Positions 34,973 through 44,478 of a DNA stretch of 64,000 nt are shown one piece after another; the stretch's first letter is position 1, and each line of letters begins with the position of its first letter. The DNA comes from Eubacteriales bacterium. Lineage in GTDB: Bacteria; Bacillota; Clostridia; Oscillospirales; CAG-382. Under the pieces are notes generated by a model. It was not told the origin of the DNA, made no database searches, and was given only the letters and a program-made list of their open reading frames with translations. The DNA is taken from assembly GCA_045587745.1 (NCBI GenBank), contig JAZNCU010000072.1, forward strand, positions 13,069 through 77,068, given 5' to 3'. The position numbers and the translations under genes were made by a program.

Positions 34973-37764
34973 CGCTCACAGAGCATCTGTCCGTCTTCAT
35001 CGGGAGTGCAATCATCGCTCTGCATCCAGCAGCGTACGCATTTATCGCCCTCGGCAACCGAGACGGCAACCGAAATTCCGCTTTCCTCATCGGTATAAGC
35101 GCCCTCGGGCGCACACTCGTTGGAAAGAACGGTCTTGCTAACGATAAATACCGTGTTGAGCTCGCTTTCGAACTCGGAGAACAGCTTCATCGCCTCGTTA
35201 TCCGATTTTCCATAGATAACAATGCTTGCCTCAAGGGATTTACCGATAATTTTATCGGCACGTGCGATCTCAAGTGCCTTCATAACTCCGTCACGGAAAT
35301 CGAACAGGCTCTCGTATCTCTTTTCCTCCTCGGGGAAGCTGTATTCATCGCAGAAATCGGGCATTGCGTTGCAGAATACGCTGTCGGTATCGTCAGAATC
35401 AACATGGCTCATAAAGCCCCAGATCTCCTCAGCGGTATACGAAAGCATAGGTGCGAGAAGTCGGGTGAGCGAATTGATAATGATATACATGGCGGTCTGT
35501 GCGGAACGGCGCAGTGCCGAATCCTTCTTTTCGCAGTAAAGCCTATCCTTGGTGATATCGATATAGAGTTTGGACATATCGATAGAGCAGAAGTTATGAA
35601 TATCGTGATAAACTGCGTGGAACTGATACTCGTCGTAGGCCTTACGCACCTTGCCTGCAAGAGTGTTGAGGCGGGAGAGCGCCCATTTGTCGATAGGTGT
35701 GAGCTCGCTGACGGGAACCATATCCTTGCGGGGATCAAAATCCGTCTCGGGCGAGCCGAGGTTTGCAAGAAGAATTCTCGCCGTATTACGTATCTTGCGG
35801 TAGCTCTCGGAGAGCTGCTTGAATATTGCGTCGGATGCACGGACATCGACTCTGTAATCGCTGGAAGCAACCCAAAGACGAAGAATATCGGCACCGTATT
35901 TTTCGATAACCTGCTCGGGCGCAACCGCATTGCCGAGCGATTTGTGCATTGCCTTACCCTCGCCGTCAACCGTCCAGCCGTGAGTGAGGACCGCCTTATA
36001 GGGAGCCTGCTCAATGCCGGAGCCGATGCAGGTGAGAAGTGAGGACTGGAACCAGCCTCTGTACTGGTCGGCACCCTCGAGATAAAGATCGGACGGTCTG
36101 CCGAGGCCGCTGTCACCGTCGAGCACGTCAAAATGAGTGCTGCCCGAATCGAACCAGCCATCGAGAGTATCGGTCTCCTTTGTAAAGTGAACGCCGCCGC
36201 AGTGAGGGCAAACAAATCCCTCGGGAAGAAGCTCGCTTGCCTCCCTGATAAACCAGGCGTTGGAGCCCTCCTTTGCAAAGCAATCGGCTACGCTGTTAAT
36301 GGTCTCCTCGGTGCATACGGGCTCTTTGCAATCCTCGCAGTAGAATACGGGAATGGGAAGTCCCCAGTTGCGCTGACGGGAAATACACCAGTCGGCACGC
36401 TCGTTGATCATCGAAATCATTCTGTCGCCGCCCCATGCAGGCATCCAGGTAACGTCCTCGCACGCCTTTACTGCCTTTTCCTTGAAGGATGCAACCGAGC
36501 AGAACCACTGCGGAGTGGCACGGAATATGATAGGCTTTTTGCATCTCCAGCAATGAGGATAGGGGTGAACGATCTCCTCGGAAGCAAGAAGCGCACCGCT
36601 TTCCCTCATATCGTTGAGAATAGCCTCGTTGGACTCATCGTAGCGAAGTCCTGCGTATTTGCCGGCAAGCTCTGTCTGATATCCCCTGTCGTCAACCGGA
36701 ACTACGATCTCGATTCCGTATCTCGAGCCGGTGATATAGTCGTCAACACCAAAGCCGGGTGCGGTATGAACACAGCCTGTACCGCTTTCCATAGTAACGT
36801 ACTCTGCGTTAACTACAACACTGTCCCTGTCAAGGAAGGGATGAGCACAGGTAATATACTCGAGATCCATACCCTTAAAGGCAGCAAGAGTCTCATACTC
36901 GGTGATGCCGGCAAACGAGAGCGATTTCTCGCAGAGCTCGGTAGCCATAACGTAGCACTCCTCGCCTGCACGGACGAGGCTGTACTCCTCTCTCGGATGG
37001 AGAGCAATAGCCATATTACCGGGCAGAGTCCAGGGTGTTGTGGTCCAGATAACGAAATATGCTTTTGAAATATCGCAGTAAGGCGAAAGAAGTCCCTTGT
37101 CGTCCTTGACCGCAAATTTTACGTAAATAGATGTACAGGGCGCATCCTTGTACTCGATCTCAGCCTCGGCAAGAGCGGTCTCATCGTGAGAGCACCAGTA
37201 TACGGGCTTAAGTCCTTTGTAGATATATCCCCTCTTGAACATCTCGCCGAAAACACGCACCTCACGTGCCTCAAATGCGGGATCCATAGTGAGATAGGGA
37301 TGCTCCCAATCGCCTACAACGCCGAGACGGCGGAAGGAATTGCGCTGAAGATCAACGAACTTTTCGGCAAACTCCTTGCAGGCATCACGGAACTCGGGAA
37401 CAGACATTTTACGTCTGTCTATCTTGCTCTGCTTGATGATTGCGCTCTCAATGGGCATACCGTGGTTATCCCAGCCGGGAACAAAGGGGGTGTAATAGCC
37501 CTCCATAGCTTTGGATTTTACGATAAAGTCCTTGAGGATCTTATTAAGTGAGGTTCCGATATGAATGTTTCCGTTGGAAAACGGAGGGCCGTCGTGCAGC
37601 ACGAATCCGGGCTTACCCTCGTTTTTGGCAAGCATTTTCTCGTAAAGTTTATTTGCCTCCCATGCGGCAAGAGTCTCAGGCTCTCTGGCAGGCAGATTTG
37701 CCCTCATCGGAAACTCGGTTGTGGGCAGGTTAAGTGTGTCTTTGTATTCCTTCATAAAACTCAA
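34954..37764 (-). CDS. ileS: Isoleucine--tRNA ligase
   Basis: 936-aa ORF with a HIGH-type motif (PPFSNGNIHIGT), KMSKS-type motif (KMHKSLGN) and C-terminal Zn-finger cysteines. Confidence 0.95.
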   Translation of the reverse strand: MSFMKEYKDTLNLPTTEFPMRANLPAREPETLAAWEANKLYEKMLAKNEGKPGFVLHDGPPFSNGNIHIGTSLNKILKDFIVKSKAMEGYYTPFVPGWDNHGMPIESAIIKQSKIDRRKMSVPEFRDACKEFAEKFVDLQRNSFRRLGVVGDWEHPYLTMDPAFEAREVRVFGEMFKRGYIYKGLKPVYWCSHDETALAEAEIEYKDAPCTSIYVKFAVKDDKGLLSPYCDISKAYFVIWTTTPWTLPGNMAIALHPREEYSLVRAGEECYVMATELCEKSLSFAGITEYETLAAFKGMDLEYITCAHPFLDRDSVVVNAEYVTMESGTGCVHTAPGFGVDDYITGSRYGIEIVVPVDDRGYQTELAGKYAGLRYDESNEAILNDMRESGALLASEEIVHPYPHCWRCKKPIIFRATPQWFCSVASFKEKAVKACEDVTWMPAWGGDRMISMINERADWCISRQRNWGLPIPVFYCEDCKEPVCTEETINSVADCFAKEGSNAWFIREASELLPEGFVCPHCGGVHFTKETDTLDGWFDSGSTHFDVLDGDSGLGRPSDLYLEGADQYRGWFQSSLLTCIGSGIEQAPYKAVLTHGWTVDGEGKAMHKSLGNAVAPEQVIEKYGADILRLWVASSDYRVDVRASDAIFKQLSESYRKIRNTARILLANLGSPETDFDPRKDMVPVSELTPIDKWALSRLNTLAGKVRKAYDEYQFHAVYHDIHNFCSIDMSKLYIDITKDRLYCEKKDSALRRSAQTAMYIIINSLTRLLAPMLSYTAEEIWGFMSHVDSDDTDSVFCNAMPDFCDEYSFPEEEKRYESLFDFRDGVMKALEIARADKIIGKSLEASIVIYGKSDNEAMKLFSEFESELNTVFIVSKTVLSNECAPEGAYTDEESGISVAVSVAEGDKCVRCWMQSDDCTPDEDGQMLCERCRKSV

Positions 37765-37773
37765 GGCTACGGA

Positions 37774-38481
37774 TCATTTATTCTCCGTGCCATCTCCCAT
37801 CATGTATTTAAGATACTCATCCTCGGCACTTTTTGCCTCCTCGGAGAGCTCTATACGCACCTGCTCGGTTTTCTCGGCTTTGGGTGCGGGTTCTTCTTCC
37901 TCGATATGAGTAACCTCGACCTTGAGCTCACGCACGCTCTTACGGCGCTCTGCCTCCTCCTCGATCTTGGCCTTTACGTCGGTAAAGATATTGGCGATGA
38001 TCGCATCGTCGTTGGGAAGCACGATATCCTCGATCTCATTGACGCTGAGGTTTTTAAGCTCGTCGATATGCTTTCCGTACAGCTCGTAGACCTTCTTTTT
38101 GAAATCGATAATGGCGGTACGGATGACCCACGCCTTCTCTTTTTCGTTCTGAAGCTGCTGCTTGAACTCGGCGATAACGCCGTCGCAGCGGTCCTTGATG
38201 GCTCCGGTAATTATATCGGCGCGGTCATTTGCATCGGCAATAATCTTTTCGCCCATCTTCTGCGCTGAGATAAGGGTGCTGCGTATAGATTCCTCCTCGT
38301 CCTTTATCTCATCGAGATTGGTAACAACTATTCTGAGCTTGCGCTCAAGCTCGTTGTTCTCACGGTAAACCTCGGTGTATTTTTCTATCAGGAACTCGAT
38401 GTACTCATCCACTTCCTGAGGGTTGTAGCCCTTAAAAGTTTTTGTGAACTGTTTGTTCTTAAGTTCATGCGGTGCAAGCAT
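37774..38481 (-). CDS. divIVA: DivIVA-domain cell-division protein
   Basis: The N-terminus LAPHELKNKQFTKTFKGYNPQEVDEYIEFL is the canonical DivIVA start. A coiled coil follows. Confidence 0.8.
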   Translation of the reverse strand: MLAPHELKNKQFTKTFKGYNPQEVDEYIEFLIEKYTEVYRENNELERKLRIVVTNLDEIKDEEESIRSTLISAQKMGEKIIADANDRADIITGAIKDRCDGVIAEFKQQLQNEKEKAWVIRTAIIDFKKKVYELYGKHIDELKNLSVNEIEDIVLPNDDAIIANIFTDVKAKIEEEAERRKSVRELKVEVTHIEEEEPAPKAEKTEQVRIELSEEAKSAEDEYLKYMMGDGTENK

Positions 38482-38547
38482 GATGTATCTCCTTCCGAAA
38501 GGTGTTCAATTGTCTATAACGCCCAAAAGCACTGCTTGTTCGTAGCA

Positions 38548-38817
38548 TCACGAATACGGCAGTGCAGATTGAATGATAAAGAGAATCAGGCTGGTTGCGA
38601 CATAAGAAAAATCGATAGGCGAATCCGCCAAAGCGGGGATGCGCCCGAGAAGATTTCTGACAGGTGATACGACGGGCTCCGTAGCCATATAGCAAAACGA
38701 ATAAACGGGCGACTCCTCGTCAACAAACAAGCCGAGGAGCAGCCTTGCAAGAATAAGCGCAGTTATAACGCTGATAAGCACGGAAACCGTCGTAGTCAGA
38801 ATATAGAGCAAATCCAA
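38548..38817 (-). CDS. YggT-family membrane protein
   Basis: 89-aa ORF with two TM segments. It sits between sepF and divIVA, as in other Firmicutes. Confidence 0.7.
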   Translation of the reverse strand: MDLLYILTTTVSVLISVITALILARLLLGLFVDEESPVYSFCYMATEPVVSPVRNLLGRIPALADSPIDFSYVATSLILFIIQSALPYS

Positions 38818-38832
38818 AATACTCGCCCGTTA

Positions 38833-39294
38833 TCAGAACAGTTCTCTGGGCTTTGCCGAAGCGGTCTCGGCAGGCTGCTCGGTCTGCTCACCCGAAACAT
38901 CGACATTCTTGGGAGTAACAACGTAGGTTGCTCCCGAAACCTTTTTAACCTGACCGTCGATAGCAAACACAACACCGCAAAGGAAATCGATAATTCTCTT
39001 TGTGGTTTCCTTGTTGGTATCCTCAAGATTGAGCACAACGGTACGGCGCGCAAGGAGATGCTCACCGATAACCTTAACCTCATCGTAACGCTCAGGCTTG
39101 ATGACCTTCATTTCAAGTGCGCTGCCGGAAGCAATGCTGCCGGTAGAACGGGGAGCTGCTGCAGGTCTGGAAACAGGTGCGGCAACGGGTGCTGCCTCGG
39201 GCTCTTCCTCTCCCTCGTACTCCTCGTAGTTCTCGTTCTCGTCGTACTCCTCTTCGCCCTTGAAGAGATCACCCAAACGATCAAAAAGTCCCAT
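38833..39294 (-). CDS. sepF: Cell division protein SepF
   Basis: 153-aa ORF with an acidic linker and a conserved C-terminal domain (VIKPERYDEVKVIGEHLLARRTVVLNLE). Confidence 0.8.
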   Translation of the reverse strand: MGLFDRLGDLFKGEEEYDENENYEEYEGEEEPEAAPVAAPVSRPAAAPRSTGSIASGSALEMKVIKPERYDEVKVIGEHLLARRTVVLNLEDTNKETTKRIIDFLCGVVFAIDGQVKKVSGATYVVTPKNVDVSGEQTEQPAETASAKPRELF

Positions 39295-39330
39295 AATGTA
39301 CCTCCGTTAAATATGATATGTTTTTAGTTT

Positions 39331-40026
39331 TTAATTTTTGCTCCGATTGCCGAAAAGTGCGCTGCCAAGCCTGATCATATTACTTCCGCACTCAATGGCC
39401 TCGGAATAATCCCCGCTCATACCGAGTGAGAGAATATTGAAAGCATTATTATTTATATTATCTACTATTTTATCCGATATGTCAACAAATATTTTCCTCA
39501 TTTGGCTAAAATATTCGATTTTTTCGGCTTTCGTTTCGGTTTTCGGGGGTATTGCCATCAGTCCCCTCAACAAAAGGTGGGGATAGCCGATAAGTTTTTG
39601 GCAAAACTCATACGCCTCCTCGGGCGAAATACCCGATTTTGACTCCTCCGCACCGATGTTTATCTCGGCAAGGACGGGCATAACGATCCCGCGCTTTGCA
39701 GCCTGCCGCTCGATTTCCTCGGCAAGCGGAAGACGGTCGACCGATTGAATCATATCGACCTTGTCGATGATATACTTAACCTTATTTGTCTGCAGCGCAC
39801 CGATAAAATGTATTTCAAGCCCCGTTCTGTCAAGGTGTTCATACTTTTCGAGCAGCTCCTGAACACGGTTTTCACCGATTACTCTTATTCCGCAATCTGC
39901 CGCAAAATTTATAATCTCCGCAGGCACGGTTTTTGTAGCGGCAAGCAGCGTAACTCCTTGCGGCACAACGGCTATCGCCCTCTCAATATTCGTTTTTATT
40001 TCTTGTTTCGAAAGCATTTTTCTCAC
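39331..40026 (-). CDS. YggS/PLPBP-family pyridoxal-phosphate homeostasis protein
   Basis: 231-aa ORF with TKTVPAE, HFIGALQTNKVK and LSLGMSGDY motifs. Confidence 0.85.
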   Translation of the reverse strand: MRKMLSKQEIKTNIERAIAVVPQGVTLLAATKTVPAEIINFAADCGIRVIGENRVQELLEKYEHLDRTGLEIHFIGALQTNKVKYIIDKVDMIQSVDRLPLAEEIERQAAKRGIVMPVLAEINIGAEESKSGISPEEAYEFCQKLIGYPHLLLRGLMAIPPKTETKAEKIEYFSQMRKIFVDISDKIVDNINNNAFNILSLGMSGDYSEAIECGSNMIRLGSALFGNRSKN

Positions 40027-40029
40027 CCG

Positions 40030-41343
40030 TTACGTGAGTATTTTTCCGTCGTATATATCGCTGCCCGAGGTTATCACAAGATCGTGCAGGGACAAATACT
40101 GCGATGAAATATAGGATACGCTCTCCCCATAGCCGTTTTCGGGCACGGGAATACTGCAGATAACGTAGTTATCGTGGCGGTAGATGACGGCCGCCTCCTT
40201 GAACAGCACTCTGTTGCCGAGAAGGACGTAAACGCCCTCAACACCGTTGTTAACACGGATACACTCGGCGCTCACCCTTATGCCCTCGTACACCGTGACG
40301 AGCAGCTCGATTTTTTGGCATCTCGAGTAGTCAAAGCTCTCGGGCATCTGCTTTGAGCTCATTACAAGAACCACCGTATCTGAGTTGGTCTTGGTAACCT
40401 TGCGTTCAAGAGTAAGATCCAGTGTCATATTGTTGGAATAAGGGAATACCACCGGATAGGCATTGCCGGGAATAAATTTTTCGGCAGTTCTCTTGTCGAT
40501 TCCGATAGCGACGTACCAAGTTGAGCCAACTATCAGCTTTCCGGTAGAAGAGGCTATCAGTCCGTCGTCGGGAACCGAGCTGAAAAGATCAAAATACTTG
40601 TCCACCGTCAGCGAGGAGAGCACGTCTGTCGTAAAAATATCTTCGTATCCGTCAACGTGCGAGTAAAAATATCCCGACTCGGGCGAAGAAAGGCTGTAGG
40701 AAGCTCCCGAAAGCGTAGCCGAAAGCCTGTCACGCTCGGCGGTAAGTAATTCGATCTCCTTGAGATAATCCGACTCGTGAACGAGTGCCTGACGGCGGTT
40801 CATCAGTATCATTAGCTCCTCGTGCTCACGGATCGCCTCGTATATGGCGTTATCATCAACACTGCGGATGATGCCCATAAGAATCTTGTCTATTTCATCG
40901 TCAATGACCGAAATGCTTGTAGTAGACGCACCCTCTCCGAGACTGCTCTTTTTGAGTATTGCAATACGCGCGTCAAGCTCGTTAATCTTTTCCTGCGTGG
41001 CGGCATCGGTATCGTTTGCGTAGGTAACGGCAACCGTCTGATTTTTGCGCACCTTTTCGCCATCGGCAATCAAAAAGCAATCGCTTCCCTCTCCCGACGA
41101 TTCAAGCACGGTTTCCTCACGGAAAATAAACGCATCGGTCTTGATGCTTTCGTTAACGGAAGCGTAGGTGGCGTTCTCGGTTTCGATAAGGTCACCCGTG
41201 TTAAGTATAAGCTGGAGAAACACGTATCCCACGATCGATGCCGCAATCAGCGCCGTACCGAACTGCTTAAAAAACCGTCCGAGAAATTTTTTGATTATAT
41301 CCAATTTTTCGGCAGTAGTGTATTTTCGTTGTTTTGCCGACAT
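40030..41343 (-). CDS. HlyD-like membrane-anchored protein (N-terminal TM, coiled-coil, beta-rich C-terminus)
   Basis: 437-aa ORF. The call rests on architecture only, with no diagnostic motif. Confidence 0.4.
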   Translation of the reverse strand: MSAKQRKYTTAEKLDIIKKFLGRFFKQFGTALIAASIVGYVFLQLILNTGDLIETENATYASVNESIKTDAFIFREETVLESSGEGSDCFLIADGEKVRKNQTVAVTYANDTDAATQEKINELDARIAILKKSSLGEGASTTSISVIDDEIDKILMGIIRSVDDNAIYEAIREHEELMILMNRRQALVHESDYLKEIELLTAERDRLSATLSGASYSLSSPESGYFYSHVDGYEDIFTTDVLSSLTVDKYFDLFSSVPDDGLIASSTGKLIVGSTWYVAIGIDKRTAEKFIPGNAYPVVFPYSNNMTLDLTLERKVTKTNSDTVVLVMSSKQMPESFDYSRCQKIELLVTVYEGIRVSAECIRVNNGVEGVYVLLGNRVLFKEAAVIYRHDNYVICSIPVPENGYGESVSYISSQYLSLHDLVITSGSDIYDGKILT

Positions 41344-41354
41344 ATTTTCCTCCG

Positions 41355-42230
41355 TCAGACCTCAATAATCTCGTCCTTTTTCATTCCCGAAAACCAGGTA
41401 AGCTGTCTTTTTGCGTAGTGCCTCGTGTTGAGACAGATATTGTCACGGACCGTGCCCATTCCGCACTCGCCGTCAAAATAGGGATAAAACTCCTTGTATC
41501 CGATTGCGGCAGAGGCGGTCGGTGTGCTACGCAGCCCCTTCTCGCAAAGCAAAAGAACCTCGTCACGCAAGCCTCTTTCGAGCATTGCGTCCACCCGTTT
41601 GTCAATGCGTGAATACATTTTCTCACGGGATTTGGGCAGAAGCATTATGACTCTTGCATCATACTCGCTTTCGACCAGCGACTCACGGTCAAGCTCGCTT
41701 TTGGTTTTGCCCGTAACCGTAAATATCTCAATTGCACGGACCACTCTTTTGACGTTGTTGGGATGAATTGCGGCGGCAGACTCGGGGCCTACCTCGGCAA
41801 GCCTTTTATGAAGTGCCTCGTTACCCTGCTCCTCGGCATAGGCAAAAAGCTCACGTCGCAAAGCCTCGTCCGCCTCTGCGCCCGAAAGCGCAATTCCACG
41901 GATAAGGGTGTCTATATAAAGCCCCGTTCCGCCTGCAACGATAGGTATTCTTCCGCGGGCAAGCACCTTATTTACCGCCTCTCCTGCGTGAACGACAAAA
42001 TCCGATACGGAATATGGAGTGGAAATATCCGCAATATCGATGAGATGATGCGGGATACCGCCCATTTCATCTGCCGTAGGCTTTGCGGTGCCGATGTCCA
42101 TTCCTCGGTAAATCTGCATGGAATCACCGCTGATTATCTCGCCGCCTACCTCGTGTGCGAGCCTTACGGCATATTCACTTTTACCCGAGGCAGTGGGCCC
42201 GATAACAACGATAAGCGGCTTTTTTTCCAT
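41355..42230 (-). CDS. miaA: tRNA dimethylallyltransferase
   Basis: 291-aa ORF with GPTASGKS, DSMQIYRGMDIGTAKP and QLTWF motifs. Confidence 0.9.
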   Translation of the reverse strand: MEKKPLIVVIGPTASGKSEYAVRLAHEVGGEIISGDSMQIYRGMDIGTAKPTADEMGGIPHHLIDIADISTPYSVSDFVVHAGEAVNKVLARGRIPIVAGGTGLYIDTLIRGIALSGAEADEALRRELFAYAEEQGNEALHKRLAEVGPESAAAIHPNNVKRVVRAIEIFTVTGKTKSELDRESLVESEYDARVIMLLPKSREKMYSRIDKRVDAMLERGLRDEVLLLCEKGLRSTPTASAAIGYKEFYPYFDGECGMGTVRDNICLNTRHYAKRQLTWFSGMKKDEIIEV

Positions 42231-42274
42231 AAATCACCAGTTTAAACAAATAATGAACAGTTATCATTCGGTTG

Positions 42275-42342
42275 CCTTTCGCCTTAGAGCGAAAAGCTTC
42301 CTTCACTCTTCACTTTTCACTCTTCACTCTTCACTTGTTCAT
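42275..42342. repeat. Hairpin + AAGCTTCCTT + heptamer array (CTTCACT x5-6)
   Basis: CTTTCGC-cttaga-GCGAAAAG is followed by AGCTTCCTT and then the 7-bp tandem cttcact/cttcact/tttcact/cttcact/cttcact/tgttcat (42301-42342). The architecture parallels 52346-52408. Confidence 0.8.
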
Positions 42343-42354
42343 TCAATAAACCCT

Positions 42355-43398
42355 TTATTGAATGAACATCGCATCTCCAAAGCTGAAAAAGCGGTATTTG
42401 AGGTCAACCGCCTCCCGATACGCTTTAATCGTGTTTTCGTATCCGGCAAAGGCGCAAACAAGCATTATGAGGGTACTCTCCGGAAGATGGAAGTTGGTAA
42501 TCAGTGCATCAATGCATCTGAATTTTTTGCCGGGATAAAGGAATATTGACGTCTCGCCCTCGAACGGAAAAACCGCTCCGTTTTCGTCGGTACAAGACTC
42601 GAGAGTCCTTACGGCAGTAGTGCCAACAGCGATAATACGCCCTCCCGCACGCTTGACCGAATTGATTTTTTCGGCAGCCTCGGGAGTGATTTTTATATAC
42701 TCGGAATGCATTATATGACCCGTGAGATCATCCTCCTTTACGGGACGGAAGGTGCCCAGTCCAACGTGGAGCAAAACTCTCACTATCTCAACGCCCTTCT
42801 CACGCAAACGCTCAAGCAGCTCGTTTGTAAAATGCAGTCCTGCAGTAGGTGCGGCGGCAGAGCCGTCGTGCGAGGCATAAACCGTCTGGTAGCGTGATTT
42901 ATCCTCGAGCTTCTTGGTAATGTAGGGAGGAAGGGGCATAAGACCTATCTCGTCAAGTATCTCGTTGAAAATACCCTCGTACTCAAATCTTACAAGCCTT
43001 ACTCCGTCCTCAAGCACGTCGATAACCTCGCCTGAAAGCCTGTCCGAGTATATTACACGGTCTCCGACACGGGTCTTTTTACCCGGGCGTGTCAGACATT
43101 TCCAGCATTCGCCCTCCTTTGATACGTCCTTGGAAAGCAAAACCGTTTCGATCTCGCCCGACCTGCTCTCGTGCTTTCCGAAAAGCCTTGCCGGGATAAC
43201 ACGGGTATCGTTGATAACGAGGCAATCACCCTTACCCAGACGATCGTAAATATCCGAGAATACGCCGTGACTTACGGCGCCGCTGTTTTTGTCCAGACAA
43301 AGCAGCCGGGATGCGTCCCTTTTATCGGCAGGAGACTGGGCAATCAGCGACTCGGGAAGGTCGTAATAATATGATGAGCGTTTCATCAAATCGGTCAT
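42355..43398 (-). CDS. queA: S-adenosylmethionine:tRNA ribosyltransferase-isomerase
   Basis: Track ORF trimmed to MTDLMKRSSYYYDLPESLIAQSP (ATG 43398, GAGAGGA RBS). Canonical QueA motifs run throughout. Confidence 0.9.
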   Translation of the reverse strand: MTDLMKRSSYYYDLPESLIAQSPADKRDASRLLCLDKNSGAVSHGVFSDIYDRLGKGDCLVINDTRVIPARLFGKHESRSGEIETVLLSKDVSKEGECWKCLTRPGKKTRVGDRVIYSDRLSGEVIDVLEDGVRLVRFEYEGIFNEILDEIGLMPLPPYITKKLEDKSRYQTVYASHDGSAAAPTAGLHFTNELLERLREKGVEIVRVLLHVGLGTFRPVKEDDLTGHIMHSEYIKITPEAAEKINSVKRAGGRIIAVGTTAVRTLESCTDENGAVFPFEGETSIFLYPGKKFRCIDALITNFHLPESTLIMLVCAFAGYENTIKAYREAVDLKYRFFSFGDAMFIQ

Positions 43399-43535
43399 TT
43401 TCGGTCCTCTCTGTTGCTTCCGCACGGCAGTTTAACGGGCAGAATATACTGTCATAGGGGTATACTACCCCTTATAACGAATCCATTATACTACATTAAA
43501 AAAGATATTTCAACATAAGGAAGGGAAAAACTTTT

Positions 43536-44417
43536 ATGAAAAAAGATATTCTGTTCAAAGGAAGTGCGGTAGCGCTCGCCACTCCGTTTGACGAAAACGG
43601 GATTGACTACACCGCACTCGGAAGGCTGATCGAGTTTCAGATAGAAGGCGGAACCGATGCGATAGTCGTTTGCGGAACTACGGGCGAGGCATCCACTCTG
43701 ACCGAGACCGAGAAAAAAGAAATAATCGCTTTTTCGGTTTCGGCTGTCGGAGGCAGAATTCCGTTGATTGCAGGCACAGGAAGCAACAACACCGCCTGCG
43801 CCTGCAGGATGTCGGAGTTTGCCGCCAAAGCGGGAGCCGACGGGCTTTTGGTCGTAACGCCCTACTACAACAAATGCACCAAAAAGGGATTGATCGAATA
43901 TTACAACGAAATTGCCGAGGCCTCCGCACTGCCGTTTATCGCCTATTCCGTGCCGTCGAGAACGGGCGTGACGATCGACCCCGACACCGCATTCGCAATA
44001 AGCGAAAGCAGGCTCGCAGTGGGCTTTAAGGATGCAGGCGACAGCATTTCCGAAACCGCAAAAACCATTGCAAAATGCGGAGAATCGCTCCCTGTTTACT
44101 CGGGCAACGACGACAGAATCCTGCCCGTGCTGTCGCTCGGCGGAAAGGGAGTTATCAGCGTTGCGGCAAACATACTGCCAAAGCAGATAAAACGGCTTTG
44201 CGAGATGTATTTCAGCGGTAAAGCAACCGAAGCCTCGGCGCTTCAAACGGGATTGATGCCGCTTATAACTGCTCTGTTTTCGGAGGTGAACCCTATCCCG
44301 CTCAAGGCGGCTATGGAAAAAATGGGGCTTTGCAGGAACATACTCCGTGCGCCGCTGACCGAGATAGGAGATGAAAACCGCACCCTGCTCGAAAAGGCAC
44401 TATGCAGCTATTTTTGA
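43536..44417 (+). CDS. dapA: 4-hydroxy-tetrahydrodipicolinate synthase
   Basis: 293-aa ORF with GTTGE, the Y-x-x-P pattern (VVTPYYNK) and GFKDA (the Schiff-base Lys region). Confidence 0.9.
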   Translation: MKKDILFKGSAVALATPFDENGIDYTALGRLIEFQIEGGTDAIVVCGTTGEASTLTETEKKEIIAFSVSAVGGRIPLIAGTGSNNTACACRMSEFAAKAGADGLLVVTPYYNKCTKKGLIEYYNEIAEASALPFIAYSVPSRTGVTIDPDTAFAISESRLAVGFKDAGDSISETAKTIAKCGESLPVYSGNDDRILPVLSLGGKGVISVAANILPKQIKRLCEMYFSGKATEASALQTGLMPLITALFSEVNPIPLKAAMEKMGLCRNILRAPLTEIGDENRTLLEKALCSYF

Positions 44418-44427
44418 GCAAAAAGAC

Positions 44428-44459
44428 GGAGCTGCGCAAACAAAAATTTGCGCAGCTCC
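44428..44459. terminator. Hairpin terminator between convergent dapA and the methyltransferase gene
   Basis: GGAGCTGCGCAAA-caaaaa-TTTGCGCAGCTCC forms a 13-bp perfect stem. The T-run is present only on the minus-strand side. Confidence 0.6.
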
Positions 44460-44478
44460 TATCATAAAGAATCAAAAG

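Noticed and set aside
43426-43535. Lysine (L-box) riboswitch upstream of dapA, or a preQ1 element near queA.
   Set aside because: The spacer is only about 110 nt, is shared by divergent promoters, and has no L-box-like conserved helices. It is too short for an L-box.
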